Positions 1 through 13,068 are shown, numbered from the stretch's first letter. The stretch is DNA of 64,000 nucleotides from Chlorokybus atmophyticus (GCA_009103225.1 RHPI01003642.1:1255088-1319087), one strand, 5' to 3'. Notes: generated by a model from the letters alone, not told the origin. A program made the numbers and translations.

Positions 1-1523
1 CAGCAGTGTGTGTTTCAACAGAAGCGGGAGCTCCTTCGGCTTGTTGAGGGTCAGCGGGGCTATCTCTTTCTCTGTTGATAGCGTGCAGCAAAGCTGACAG
101 GCCAGGGGTCTCCTGACGCAAAGGGAAGTACTTGTCACATGCATGCTTGTTGGGTGGGATGATGCCGCATGCTCGAAACCCAGAGATGATGTTTGTAGCA
201 GAGAGGCCCTGCAGGTATGGATGAGAAAGCAGGCTGAGGAACTCCCCCTCGCTGAGGTCTTTGTTGCTGTGTGTGTTCTGCCTCTCCCGGTAGACTTTCT
301 TGTAGCATTCCTTGAATGTGTGAAAACACGACACATTGAGCACCTGGAGCATGTGCGTGGTATAAGGGGGTAGTACAAGGATGTGCAGTCCTGAATTGCG
401 TGCGAACTCCAACATGCTTGCATTGTACCTGCTGATGTGGCCGTCCACAATCAGCAGTGCAGGGTTCTCTGGGTTAACCCCACCAGGGCTGTGCATGCAC
501 AGGTGTCTGATCCACTTCTTGAAGATGAGCGTGGTCATCCATGCGTTCTCTTAGGGATAGATTACTGCTCCGGGCACTTTAAACTTTTTGGTCTCGGCCG
601 AAGCAGGTTGATACACACCTTTGATAGTGCACAGTGGCGGTACGTTGAAGCCAGAACCAGTAACAGCTGCCACGATGGTCACGTGTTGTCTGCTGCTTGT
701 TATCGCGCACTGAGCCCACTTGGCACCACTGCACATGCACACAAACATTGTTGAGTGATCCCCACCGTGTGCATGCAACAGTGCTCTCAATGTAGTTGCA
801 AGCTTACCTTTGGCAGATGATGTGTGTGTTCCTGGCAGCACTGTCTGGTTCCACTCCCACCTCGTCTGCACTAATGATCCTCTCAGGCTTGTTGGTGAGC
901 TGCAGGTCCAGCAATGTTGCTTCCAGCAGATCGTGGAAGCTTTGCACAGCTTGAGGGTTCAAGCATACACGCCTGGACTTGTCCTGCCTTGCGGGACACA
1001 AGTTTCCACCGAGCACACAGCCCATCAAACCACTTTTTGCCTGGACATTGCTGCTTCAACCCTCGTAGCCTTGGGTCTCCAGCAAAGCGCTTGGATACCT
1101 CCACGCATATCTCCCCCCAGGTGACACCACGTCCACAGTCATTCATAATCTTAGCCCAATCGGCAATGTCCCTCTCCTCTTCCTAGGTGAGTAGCAAACC
1201 AGCTCCAGCTTTCCTACACGAACAGGCATATGCATATCAGAATGGCAATGCATGTCACCGCAACTCTGCATGCTATTCACACAGCATGGCTCTTACTTGT
1301 ACCTTGCAGAGTTCGCACCCTCTTTCACGTAGTTGTGCATAGTGGAGGACGCCATGCCCAAGCTGCTGGCTGCCTCAGCAACAGACATACAACCTCGATG
1401 CACAGCCTCAACTGCCCGTGCAATACCTTCCTTCCTGCTGGCATGATCCTCGTAGGCCCCTTTGGCTGATGGCCCACTGATTCTCGCTTTTGCTCTTCTT
1501 GCTGCTCCCCTCTTAGCTTGCAC
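1..1523 (-). pseudogene. pogo-type transposase (HTH_psq, CENP-B HTH, DDE_1), degenerate
   Basis: Exon peptides: GIARAVEAVHRGCMSVAEAASSLGMASSTMHNYV (psq HTH); GRGVTWGEI...PGKKWFDG; RIISADEVGVEPD; GAKWAQ...QHVTIVAAVTGSG...PPL. Exon-for-exon colinear with copy B. Stops and frameshifts present. Confidence 0.85.
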
Positions 1524-2184
1524 ACGTTTTCTCTACGGGGTAACAAGGTGTCAGCCAGCAACATGGTGGTATGATGGCCTCCAAGGTCAAGGGATGACGA
1601 GTGTGCACAACATGCACATCACCACAAATACCACTTACCCGTGCAGGCTTGCGTGCCATAGTTTCTAAAAATAGCCTAGACTCATCCTGTGTACCCTCAA
1701 CGTGCAATGCAAGCTTCTACACACCATAATACTGCCTCCCAAGCGTGCACTCTTGTTACAGCGTGGTATATTAAGTAGCCTCAAATTTGAGCTAACGCAA
1801 CGCATTACCCCCTACAATTTGAATAAGTGCCCCTCGCCACCGCCAAGAGCAGAACTTTGTAAACATGTTTGTTATATTATAAGCTTCCATAAGCAACAAA
1901 CCCCACTTAATTTAGCCATCAGATGCAAAAGTAACGTGCAACCAAACGTTTATGTGCATCTGGTTCAAAAATGTGATACCAATCTGCTAGGTTGAAATTT
2001 CATATCTCCCGCCCCAGATGGCCGTTTCAAGAGATTCAGGTTGCATTGATTAGGCCAGAATGGCCTCTTGCGTGGTGCCAAATGGCAGCTTGAATGCCAA
2101 ATGGCCGCCACACCGGCCCAAAAGTCCGTAAACACCATTGACTAACGAAATAAAGGCTGGTTCTGAAATTAGGCAACTTTACCC
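1..2184 (-). mobile_element. pogo/Tc5-type (DDE_1, CENP-B-like) DNA transposon, copy A, truncated by window start
   Basis: Terminus read on minus strand is GGGTAAAGTTGCCTAATTT, followed by TA at 2185-2186. It resembles the TIR of copy B (GGGTCAAGTCCCCTAATTT). It encloses a transposase homologous to copy B. Confidence 0.85.
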
Positions 2185-2186
2185 TA

Positions 2187-2243
2187 GGCAGGTCGCGCCC
2201 TGCCGCGCCGACTGAACTGGTCAGTTCGGCGCGACTGCCATTA
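2187..2243 (-). mobile_element. 57-bp remnant of TRIM internal region between pogo A and pogo B
   Basis: GGCAGGTCGCG...TCGGCGCGACTGCCATTA aligns with the reverse complement of ~35268-35322 in a related TRIM copy. Confidence 0.75.
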
Positions 2244-5200
2244 GGGTCAAGTCCCCTAATTTGGGAACGGCCCCTTATTTGGGGATTAGCCGTTTTTAGC
2301 TGATAGCTACCGGCCTGTGGAGTATTTGCCGGCCATATTATAGGTTTGGGCAGGTATGATTGATACGCGTCTAACGAGCCTTTAACATTGGCAAACGGAT
2401 CAGCGTGGCGGGGGATTGAATTTCCAAAGTTGGTAAATTTTGTGGTTCAAACGGTGTAGTAACACCATGAAGTTTTCAACTTAATAACTCTGGCATGTGA
2501 TATGCAAATTGGATGATTGTTTTTTTGTTGGGTTTGTATAGGGTATAGGACCTTATTCATCAAGTTTCATGCTATTCCGCGCGGAAATGCACTAGTTACA
2601 AAGTTCACACTTTTGGGGTGTAACGCAACGACACAACCAAAAAGTGAAGTTGGTGATTGTTGCCTTGGTGAGTGTTAGAACTGGTTTGGGCTCCGTGTAT
2701 GTGTATGTATTGCAGTTTGCAATGCCTCATGCACTCACTAGTTGAGTGTTGGTGGCATTTCAGTTGTTTGCTAGCTGTAGGCTAAGGTGTGAGGGGGTGA
2801 GATAGTTTGAGTGAGGTGTGCTGGTGCAGAGGAGACAAGAGCAGTCAGAGAGTTGTACGCATTAGCTGTGTTGCAAAGGAGTTGTATACACTGCTACAAG
2901 GTCAGCTAGCCAGCTCAAGTCCTACCCTATGGTACAAAGCAGCACGCAAAAGGTGGGTGTGTTGCATTTGTCAGCCACTTTGTCATCACTGTGGCACAAG
3001 GCCACTCAGACCACCCTGTTGCATCATGCTGTTGATACTGCAACTCTCAGGGTAAACGTGTCAAGGCCAAGACACCTCTGGCCAAGAAGAGAAGGAGAAG
3101 CCACAACAGCTACAGCGGCATGCTGGAGGACATCCAGCGTGCTGTAGCCTCCATCAACCAGGGCTGTATGCGTGTTGCTGATGCTGTCAAGGACCTTGGC
3201 ATCCCGGACACCACCATGCGTCACTTCGTTGCACAACCACACACCATCCCCGAGTACAAGTGAGTTGAGGCTGTAGGTGCTGCTGTGCTGGTTCAGCAAG
3301 TCAAGACAAGTTAGTTAGTGACATGTGTATACAGGTTTGCTGGCGCTCCCACCATCTTTAGTGATGTTGAGGAGACTGGCCTAGCAGAGTTTGTCAAGGG
3401 TCGTAATGGGTGGGGTCGTGGCATGACGTGGACAGAGATTGGTATGGAAGCAGGCAAGAGGCTAGTAGGAGATGACAGAGCCAAACTGCTAAAGGGAGGG
3501 GTACTTGGGAAGAGGTGGTTCGCTGGCTTCAAGCGGAGGAAGCGGTTGGTCACCAGGAAGGCAGAGCCCCTCGACAAGTCCAGAAGAGTCTCCCTCAACA
3601 AACATGTCGTGTACCACTACTTCCAGCTGCTGGCTGAGCCTGTGCAGCAGCTGGGGGTTGGTCCGGATAGGATCATCAGCGTTGATGAAGTTGGCATCGA
3701 ACCAGATACGGCCATGCAGAACCAGCGCATCATCTGCGAAAGGTAAACAAGTTAGTCATGCATTGGTTACACGCATACGCGCACACACACATGCGTTCAA
3801 ACACAACATTACTAACTTACATGTTTTGCACAGCGGGGCAAAGTGGGCACAAGCTGCAACTACAGGCAGCAGGGAGCACATCACCCTTATGTGTGCAGTC
3901 ACCGGAGCTGGTGTCGCTGCCCCTCCCCTTGTCATTGTCAAGGGCCAACGCCTCACAGTGGATGCCAAGGACTTTGATGTACCTGGAGCAAGATTTGCAG
4001 CACAGGAGAACGCATGGATGACAACGGAGATCTTCGAGTTGTGGATCAGGGAGTTGGTGAAGTGGTATCCCGGAGGAGTTAGCCCTTCCAACCCTGCACT
4101 GTTAGTGGTGGACGGACATGTGAGCAGATGCAACTGCAGCATGATCCGCTATGCACAAGATAAGGGCCTCCACATCCTCATGCTGCCACCCCACACAACA
4201 CATCGTCTTCAAGTGCTTGATGTCAGCTGCTTCCACCCCTTCAAGGAAGCATATAGGAAGGAGTATCGCCTGCGCCAGGAGACAAGATACAACTTTGACC
4301 TCAGTAGGAAGGAGTTCCTGAAGCTGCTGGTGAAGCCTTACTACGCTGGGTTGTCCCCTGCAAACATTATCGCTGACTTCCGGGCATGTGGACTCTTGCC
4401 CCTCAACACACATGCACTGGACAAGTACTTCACAGACAAGCAGCTGGCACCACCACCTCCTGGTCTGTTTGCTCTATTGAAGGCGATCGACAATGGCGAT
4501 AAGGAGGATGACAACAACAACACAGAGGATTGCAGCCCCAACACTGAAGCGCCAGCTAAACGAAAGCGTGGCATCAAAACTGCACACCTGCTGACCAGCA
4601 ACGAGATAGCAGCAGGGATTGAGAGACAGGACCAAGCCAAGGTTGACAAGGCAGCAGCAGTGCAAGCACGCAAGGAGGCTGCCAAGCAGAAAAAGGAAGA
4701 AGCTGTGCATGATGCAGCAGCAAAGGCAGAGAGGGTGCAAACAAAGAAGAAACAGGCTGCCTGAAAGAAGATGCTGGCTGAGAGAGAGAAAGCTGCCAAG
4801 ACTCAAGCCAAGCAGGACGCAGAGAAGGAGTGACAGCAGGAGCAAGCACAGCAAAGGCAACAAGCACAACAAGCAGAGCAAACAGAACAACAGCAGCAAG
4901 AGAGAACTGCAAAGGAGGCAACCGAGCTGTGGATGCGCTACGAGTGGGCTCCCATGCAATGCAACAACCAATTGGGAGACCCCCTGTGGGACTATGCTGA
5001 GGGCTTCGCCGAGCGCCATCTCCGCCCAGACCCTGCCCCCCATGCACAGGCCAAGGAGGCGGGCCTCCGCTGGAGACAGTGGCCAAGGGAGCGACACATA
5101 CACAAGAGACCACCCCGCTAGAGTCCTAGACTTAGACAACTTTGTAGACCTAGTTTGCCTTGACTCACACACCCTGTACATACACATGCATGCATGCAAG

Positions 5201-5699
5201 ACCTTTGTGCTCTGCTGTGCGCCTGATGCCACCCATACCCACACCGATGACGCCGCCGCCCGCTTGCTTGCAACCTTGCAACTGACACAAGGTTTCCCGC
5301 CAAGGCGGCGCAGCTTGGCGGGAACAAACCGCCTGCAAGCAATAGCCTGCACATCACACCCATCACAGCCTGCCCCCCAGCCTACTAGCTGGCTGCCGCC
5401 ACTTCACAATGGCTGCGGCCAGCAGGTTGATGGCACTCAGGAATGGCTGACAGCGCCCATCAGCCTTTCTCGAGTCACCAAATTAGGGCACGCGCACCCT
5501 TGGGGTCAGACCCTCTGCACCCCCTACTTTTGCGCGGTGTATCTGACACGATACCGCGCGAAAAATGTGAAAAAAAATATCACTGTGTAGCCTATAATTT
5601 CAGCTATCAGCAACTATACACATTACCGCCATCAACCCTATCAGTCAAGCACAATTTACTTAAAACCTCAAATTATCCCCAAAATAGGGGACTTGACCC
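2244..5699 (+). mobile_element. pogo/Tc5-type DNA transposon, copy B, complete
   Basis: 22-bp TIRs with 1 mismatch (2244-2265 GGGTCAAGTCCCCTAATTTGGG; 5678-5699 CCCAAAATAGGGGACTTGACCC). TA duplication at 2242-2243 and 5700-5701. Confidence 0.95.
2929..5121 (+). CDS. pogo-type transposase (HTH_psq + CENP-B HTH + DDE_1), four exons; C-terminal tail cut by premature stops
   Basis: Motifs: VADAVKDLGIPDTTMRHFV; GKRWFAGFKRR; ISVDEVG; ENAWMTTEIF; LLVVDGHVSR; LPPHTTHRLQVLDVSCFHPFK. In-frame TGA at 4762 and 4831 (likely CGA>TGA); the frame continues to 5121. Confidence 0.9.
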
Positions 5700-5702
5700 T
5701 AA

Positions 5703-8700
5703 CAGTCGGAGAGCCAACGCTTTCCTGGCAGCATGAAAATCGCGGTATGTCGCCCGCATCATCGCAAAGTCGACGCGTGCTGCTTGATTTTGGAGTATGG
5801 CAGTCGACGTTGATTGCAATTTTGTCGATGACAGTGCGTTTGTGTTGTCATCGCTCGTGATCGCTGACAAGCGTGACAAGTCAATGTAAGTGTGTCGCGC
5901 AATCGACGTTCAGTGACGGTAGTTTGCATTAGTTTTGGACAGTCGCTGCTGCCAGTTGCTTCGGCTATGTGTTTCAAACTTTGTTTCTGGAGGGCTGAGT
6001 TTGTATGTATGCTTAGCGGCGGTAGTGTTGTGGGTGTGAGTGTAGGCGACGGTGATGTCCACCGCGGAGGCCTCTGAGGATGTCGCAGCTGGTGTGTCTG
6101 ATGGTGTAGATGTATGTACGCCGTCAGTGGGTGTGGATGGTGCTGCTCCTAATGGAGGCGTTGTGGGCGGGTCTGGTGGCATGGAAGACCACTCCAAGAA
6201 CAAGTGGAAGATGGAGCAGCAGCAGAGCGCTAAGCATGGGCGAGACATGCAGAAGGGATTTGTGGAGCAGCTGCGGAAGGACTGCAAGATGCCAGAGCAG
6301 ACACATGCCAATGTTATTTACCTGCTAGCGCTGACATGTGGACGCACGTGGCATATGGCTGATGATCGCAGAGGGGCAGTGTTGCAACCCTTGTGTCCTC
6401 ATCATATGCCTGTCGCTGTGGGATCAGAGCCACTCGCCTCTCCCCCCGTCAACTACAGCCACATAGGTAGCCAGCCGGTGACTGATGTTGTGTTTGTGTG
6501 GTACGTGGCATTAGCTGCTGAAGGCAGGGTGTGTACACAGCATGTGTGATTAGCTGACACGTGTTGAACTTATAGTCAGCGGCGGACTGCTGCTAGCAAC
6601 AGCAAGAGAACGTGGACCCCAACCGCCATAGAAGGCATAGTAGGCAGTCCAGTTATGGGAGGGAGCGACGTGGGTCTGCTGAGCGGCGCAGGAATGCAGT
6701 GGCAAGGCGAGAGGCTTTGGAGGGTTTGGGACTCCATGTGGATGATTCTTGGTCTGATTCTGGAGGTGATTGTGGTCGCGCTTACCGGATTTCTTAGTCA
6801 TGCTGGCTAGGCTGTTAGTGGCAGGGTGTACATTAACATTGTGATCTTGTATCATTAAGTTAATGACATGTGTAGCAGCTGTTGCTGAACATGATTCTGA
6901 TGTGAAGCACATCATGCTTGTGGTTTGATTTGCTGTGTACTGTTGCTGAATGAGGCTGTTGCTGGCTTGTAGATGGTGACGCGGAGATTGACATGCCTTG
7001 TAATTCTCATGCTAGTGCATTTACGCCAGATCAGGTGTGTCATGCGTGTATCAACTGGCAAGCAATGCTCAGTGCAGTAGCAAGCAATGCAAATGGTATG
7101 GTTTGCAAACGCATGTGCGTATGCAGCGGTGAAAATCAAGGCCTAGACGCACTAGTGGGGTATGTATGTCCCCGTCTCCAGAGATGTTGCGTATGAAAGA
7201 GAAGCTCGCGTCATTGTTAATGCAAGTGGAGGATGCTGATGCTGTCAACCAAGACATTTCTCAAGAGTCAAAGGAGTTGCGGAGAGAGCTGCGTGCTGCT
7301 GATGAATGCAATGCTGAGCTGCAGTCGAGCATATTAGCTTTGCAGCAGCAGGTGGATGGCTTTGATGGTGAAACACACAATCTCAAGCAAACAGTGAACA
7401 TACAGTGATTTTGGATGTTGGCTGCACATGTTGTGTTGTTGTCACAGTCATGCACTACAACGCAGGTTACGATGCCAATACTAAGCACAGAACAGCACTT
7501 GGAGTGCCTGCCAGTACAGGTGTGTATGTAGCTTTTCACACCATAACTCGAAATAGCTGAAGTGAAGCACTGTTGGTGGCACAAGCCACAATGGTCAGTT
7601 ACGGGATGATGCATGCGTTGAACTCATGCAGGATGTGCAATGTGCAGGCACAGAGATTCAGGACCTACAAGGAGATGCAGCTAAGTGTGCCAAGCGTGGA
7701 GCCACCTCCACAACTTCCACCTCTCCCTCGCATGCATAGACCCTTGCTGCTCAGCACGCGCATCACAACACTCACAGAAGCAGAGGACCAGGCAATGGGC
7801 GAGTTGTTGCGTACACTGCATACCACTATGCTGCGGCATATGTGCAACAAGGACTTGCTGAAGATGCCACTCAAAGAGTGCATGTACGGTGCTGAGCAAG
7901 ACCACCCAGTGCCGAGCACAGTGCACTACCTCCCTCTGCTACCTTGTAGCCCGGACAAGCCTGACAACCTGAGGCAGGCGCTGCTTGAAATGGCAAGGCA
8001 CTTAGGCATAGACAAGAGTACTCAGCACGTCATTGTGACGGGAGATCAGAAACCAGTTTACCTGATGCACCAGTTTAAGCGCTCTGAGCCAGGGTATTGG
8101 GACTGGCTTCTCCCATATCCAGGAGACTGGCATTGCATGTACAACATGATTCCCACCATCCTCCAGACTCTGTGGGACGCTGATATGGAGGAATGAGCAG
8201 TGGCTTGTGGCTTCCCTGCTGGACCTGCGTGACACATATTAGTGGAGGGCAAGAACTGGAAAAAACTGAATCTGTTCCTCCCGGGCTTGGTTGAGGGCTT
8301 GTACATTCCATTGATTACCATTTCCAAGCTGCAAGCCCGAGAGACGCTTTGCTGCTGGACTTTGATACGCCAGTTGACAACGAAACAAGTATGAAGCACT
8401 TGCAAAACTTTGTGGCATATGGCAATCTCAGAGCAGAGCGAGACCCCACTTGGAACCTGTGGTGGCAACTTACAACACGCGATGGGTTCGCTTACCTGGC
8501 ATTGTATTAGGCCTTGAGGACAGCTAACTGGCACCTGCGCACTGCAGCTATCAAGGGTCTTGCACCATTAGCTTTCGCATGGGACAAACCACACTACCAG
8601 AAGCTCATTCTCAGCACCTATGGGACTTGCAACACATGCCAATAGAGCTTGTGCAGCATTTGCAAGCTGGTGCTTTGTGGTGTCTGTCACTGGAACAGCC

Positions 8701-11700
8701 ACAACGAGCCTTGCGAGTGACGAGGCACACAAGTCATTAATCAACAAGGCCCTGAAACTTTGCTTGAGCAGGCCCACGGAGGACTTCATGCGATGCAAGA
8801 CGTCACATCCACCATATAGAGCTGGTGTGGTGAAGGAAGTGGTTCATGTGCTGGACCCACGAGATGCCGCGCATATGACTATGGCCCCTAGCACTGCCCG
8901 CCACCATGGAGGCGCTCGAAGGAACATGGAAAAAGCATGCTGTCACTGCTGCACAATGCCAATGCTTTGGAATAGGAAGACCAAGAGTTGCAACACTTGG
9001 TAACCCACATACCTGCCAGCGCAGTGGCTGCGGCAGACCTCGCACGACATCACATGCTGGGCCAAGACCAGTTTGACACATATGTTATAGATGTTCACTC
9101 CAAAGAGGTGCACGGACACAAGATTGGACGGCGATTTGCTCTGAAGATCATGAGCAAGAAACATCAATAGCCGAAAAAGAGCAACACATCAGCAAAGGAC
9201 AGGCGAAGGCAAACACTGATCTTCAAGAAACTGGCTCAGAGTGGTGGCAACGTCAACACATGTATTGCCAACTACACCGAGAATTCACATGCCTTGTTTG
9301 GTGATGACGGCGGAATGCGAAAAGGTGACAAGGCCAAGTTCTTGGTGGACTTGTACGAAGGATGCCCTCAGTCTCAGCTATCACAGTTCCCAAGTGGGGT
9401 GGAGTGCGTGATTCTCGAGGGAATGTTCATCATCAACCGGAACCCACTTCAATCAGCACGCACATTTGAAGACTACCTTCACCAGACACTCATTGCATGG
9501 GTGCTCCCCCGTCTCCACTCAACTGCACTGCGCAGCTTTCACATTGTCTTCGATGACCCTGCACACTCCACAGGGGTCAAGTTGTCAATTTAGCAGCGCA
9601 GAGATGGTGGCACCCAGCGTAGCCAGTGCGCATTGTGCAAAATGGATGAAATCCGTAGAAGCTGGCGAGGCCTGCTGAAAGATCGCTTACTAAAACGAAG
9701 CCTCTGCAACCTCATCACTGAATGGCTACCAAGGATGGCAGCCCCATACCTACGCGAGGGTCAAGAGTTAGTGATAGCTGGAGGCAGCGACACTCCTCAC
9801 CTGAAGCACAAAGCAGTGGTCGTTGGAAGAGAAGGGGATGTCGCCTTCAGTGTGGCGGACGAGTACACATGCAATCATGCAGAGGCAGACTCCAGAGTCT
9901 GGTTGCACGCCTTCACATGACAGCACCAGTCAGTGCTTGTTCTCTCCCGACACTGACACCAGCCTCATAGGGTTGGGTGCAATTGAGCAAAATGCAAATG
10001 CGATGCAAAAGACAGTGTACATGCAGTTGACTTCAAGCGGCAGCAGCAGCAGCAGCAGCAGGACTCCGTACCCAGACCTCACTGAGGTCTACACCCACCT
10101 CAACCGAGTTCTTCAATTGAGACTGGTGCCAACAGACCAGTGTGCAAAGTTCTTGCTCAGCTTCTACGCTGTGACTGACAGCGACTACACATCATACTTT
10201 GCCGGTATTTTCAAGCATTACTTTTTAACAGAGGTCATGAGCAAGGAATCAGTCTTCATCATAGGGGGTCAGACATCATGCAATGGGGATCTCACTCCAA
10301 CATACCTTAGATTGGTGGGCTGCGCCTACATTACGAAGCATAAGAACTGTTTCCCTTCCACCAGTAACGCCACTGCCCTATTCATGACACATGCGGTGCA
10401 AACGCTGTGGCTGACTCCATCTGCAGCCTCACACCATGGCTGCAACGAATTGCACAACAGATTTGGGACAAGACAGCAGACAACAAGGATGACATGCCCT
10501 CTGTCACAGCGTTGCTTCAACATTGCAAACGCTCGTCCTGGGTGATCGGTATGTGGTGGCAAATGTGCCAGCACACAATCACAGTTCCACCCTTGGAAGA
10601 ACATGAATACACACAAGAGCAAGGAGTGTTCAAGGCTGTTATGGACACGCAAGATGCCATGGCTGCAGCAAGAGGAAGGGCATCTCTAATCCTGCATGGT
10701 TGTTCATGCAAGAAGGCACAGTGCTGAGGCAAGCAATGCAAGTGCAGAAAGAGTGGACAGACATGCACAGCAGCATGCTCATGCATATACTGCGAGAACA
10801 CCTGCGAGTCAACGAACACACAGCATGAAGTCAACCCAGCCACATTCACCAACACAAAAGCAACGAACACTGAGCTAGACAGCACGTGGTCAGGGCAGGA
10901 GACTGATCTGCCCTCAAGCGACTCAGAGCTCCATGTCACAGCTGAGGAAGACACAGAGTGGCTACACACAACCTGTTGGACGCAGACCCCGCCCTGTGAT
11001 TTGTGCATAGGCATTCAGCACATAATGCCCCATACAATATGTCTATATGGATATATGCATTACACTGTGCCCCACTGAGTGTAACGCTCTTTTGCAGCTA
11101 GTCATGCTTGAACACGGACATGCTGGCAGCACGGTGCGCGCTAATAATGCACTGCATGCATGCCAATCCCCATGACATCACAGAGCATACAACTTGCAAA
11201 ATATCATTTCAGGCAAGCAAATTCAACAGCGTACGCATACACACAGCCAACCTTAGGCAAAATAAGCCAAGCCACTTAAGAGCACGACTATACCTTCTAC
11301 TCTACACTTACCAGGTCTCATGCTAACAGTAACCTCCACGCCTGGAGGGAGAAGGACAGCCAGAGCGCGGATCAAGTTCGGCTGCGTTCCACCGCTATGC
11401 ACCTCCTAATCCTCCATCGTCACCTGCTCGTACCGATCATTGCCCAACGGGATGACACCCCTCCAGCGACCACGGGACTGCACAGCCGCATCCCACAACC
11501 CCTCCGCCACATCGCCTTGCATGCTGGCAGCGAGCGTAGCAACAAAATCAACGCCGCCGTCAACGCCACCCTCCGGCTCCACACCCACAGCCTGCTGGTC
11601 TGGCGCAGTCATCCTTAGCGTCGCACGGTGCCAACAACTACCCCACCACCAGCAACAACCTCACCGCCTCGGTCGCCGCTGAGCTCACACAAACTCGCCA

Positions 11701-12014
11701 CAACCACCCCGCTAACAACTAGCCCTAACACAAGCCAACAGCGATTGCGGCAACACGTCGATTCACGTCAACACTCGTCACAATGCGTCATCAAACGCTG
11801 ACACAAAACTTTTTAAAGCCGTAAACAACGTCACTGTTAACGTCACAGCCTGCCGACTGACGACGCTGACAGCGACCCCAAAAGGCCGACATGAAAACCG
11901 CCTCTCACGACCATCGACGCCAACAGCCATCGAGTCACCGTCAGCTAACATCGATGTGGCGCTACTCCCAGGCTGCAAGGATCTCAGGGGCAAGTTGCGT
12001 TGGCTCTCCGACTG
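5703..12014 (+). mobile_element. Academ (XPG-type, AcademX-like) DNA transposon
   Basis: Perfect 18-bp TIRs CAGTCGGAGAGCCAACGC (5703-5720; reverse complement at 11997-12014). TTAA on both sides once pogo B is removed. Encodes a large transposase with XPG-like and Cys-rich domains. Confidence 0.75.
6055..11078 (+). pseudogene. Academ-type transposase: coiled coil, DDE-like core, XPG/PIN-like nuclease, C-terminal Cys-rich (CXC/Cys8) finger
   Basis: Motifs across frames: HVIVTGDQK...LPYPGDWHCM; RTANWHLR...AFAWDKPHYQK; SDEAHKSLINK; GGMRKGDKAKFL; VILEGMFII; HIVFDDP; CNHAEADSRVWLHA; FSPDTDTSLIGL; FYAVTDSDYTSYFAGIFK; LLQHCKRSSW; CSCKKAQC*GKQCKCRKSGQTCTAACSCIYC. Many stops and frameshifts. The 5' start is uncertain. 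Confidence 0.75.
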
Positions 12015-12018
12015 TTAA

Positions 12019-12228
12019 GCAAGTCGCGACCCATCGATAATGGTACTTATAAAGTGACTATTTACGATGTTAATGGATCGAGAAACAACGACCACAGAAT
12101 TCGTGTGCAAGGCAGGAATCGAACCTAGGTCTCAAGCTCCGGTGACCAATGTCACAACCCACTCAACCACAAAAGACTTAATGCTTTTATGGTCGATTTG
12201 TGGTAATACAATGTACCTTCCCGTTACA
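12019..12228 (-). mobile_element. 5' part of TRIM (79-bp LTR 12150-12228, PBS, leader), interrupted by Academ and pogo insertions
   Basis: Minus strand reads TGTAACGGG...GTTGTGACA, then TTGGTCACCGGAGCTTGAG (PBS-like), then GGTTCGATTCC. Aligns with 35063-35270 and resembles the complete TRIM at 27151-27656. Confidence 0.8.
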
Positions 12229-12244
12229 GCGAGAGATTGAAGAG

Positions 12245-12330
12245 TCACACGCACACGCACACGCGCACGCACGCACGCACGCACGCACGCGCACACACAC
12301 ACATACACACACTGCACGCACGCACGCTGA
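12245..12330. repeat. CA/CG (CACG)n simple-repeat tract
   Basis: Visible ACACGCACACGCACACGCGCACGCACGC... run. Confidence 0.85.
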
Positions 12331-13068
12331 CTCTTAACCTCTCCATTTCTCTTTATATTCATGCCTCTTTGAGCAGGTGTGTTATTATTGCTACCGTCTA
12401 TGGTGCACTGTGTGTGGCATGGTAGGAGTTGGGGCTGGGTGGAAATAGGTATGTGTAACAGCATGGTATTTGTTAGTTGCGACATGTGCGTGTCAATGTT
12501 AATGATGCTATGTTGCGTTGTGGGTTTCTTAACACCTGTGTTTGGTTGATTACACTTAGTGTTGTCGTATTTGGTTGTGTATGTACTCTTTGCAGGTTGT
12601 GTGTTGGGTTTGTTTATTGACACGCGACATGCGTGCGTGAGTGACACGCATGCTAGCATACGCATCGTCACGTTGCATACCAATGCAATCGCAACTACAC
12701 ATACATATTCACACACATGTGTGTGAGTATATGTGTGTACATATATATGCTTATTATGTGTACAGGTGTACTTAATAATGAGCCGAAGCTTGTACCACAC
12801 GGAATCGCAACTTATGAGTGACCACTACAGGAATATGGCCCTCGCAGTTGCACAGCCGACGGCCTAGAACTCAACACGTGGGCAGTCTGAAGGGCTCACC
12901 CTCGATATACGCATAACCTCGGTTGATGTTGGCCGTGTCCATTATAGACCGCACTCGTGACAGGTCGATTGCGCAGGGTCGCTATCAAAATTGCGACGCT
13001 CAGACGCAGCACAAGATATCGCCTCAATAGATTTGTGCTTCAAGCAAGTAGCAGCGGCCTGGGTGGCG

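Noticed and set aside
4762-4833. Selenocysteine or programmed readthrough at in-frame TGA codons
   Set aside because: The TGAs fall at Arg-compatible positions, co-occur with TAG/TAA stops and frameshifts in other elements, and are explained by CGA>TGA.
4341-5590. ORFs 4341-4799, 4474-5352, 4574-5113 and 4619-5590
   Set aside because: Antisense or off-frame shadows of the low-complexity transposase tail.
12110-12180. tRNA gene or tRNA-derived SINE
   Set aside because: A and B boxes are present, but I could not build an acceptor stem or full cloverleaf. The segment spans an LTR end and PBS of a TRIM.
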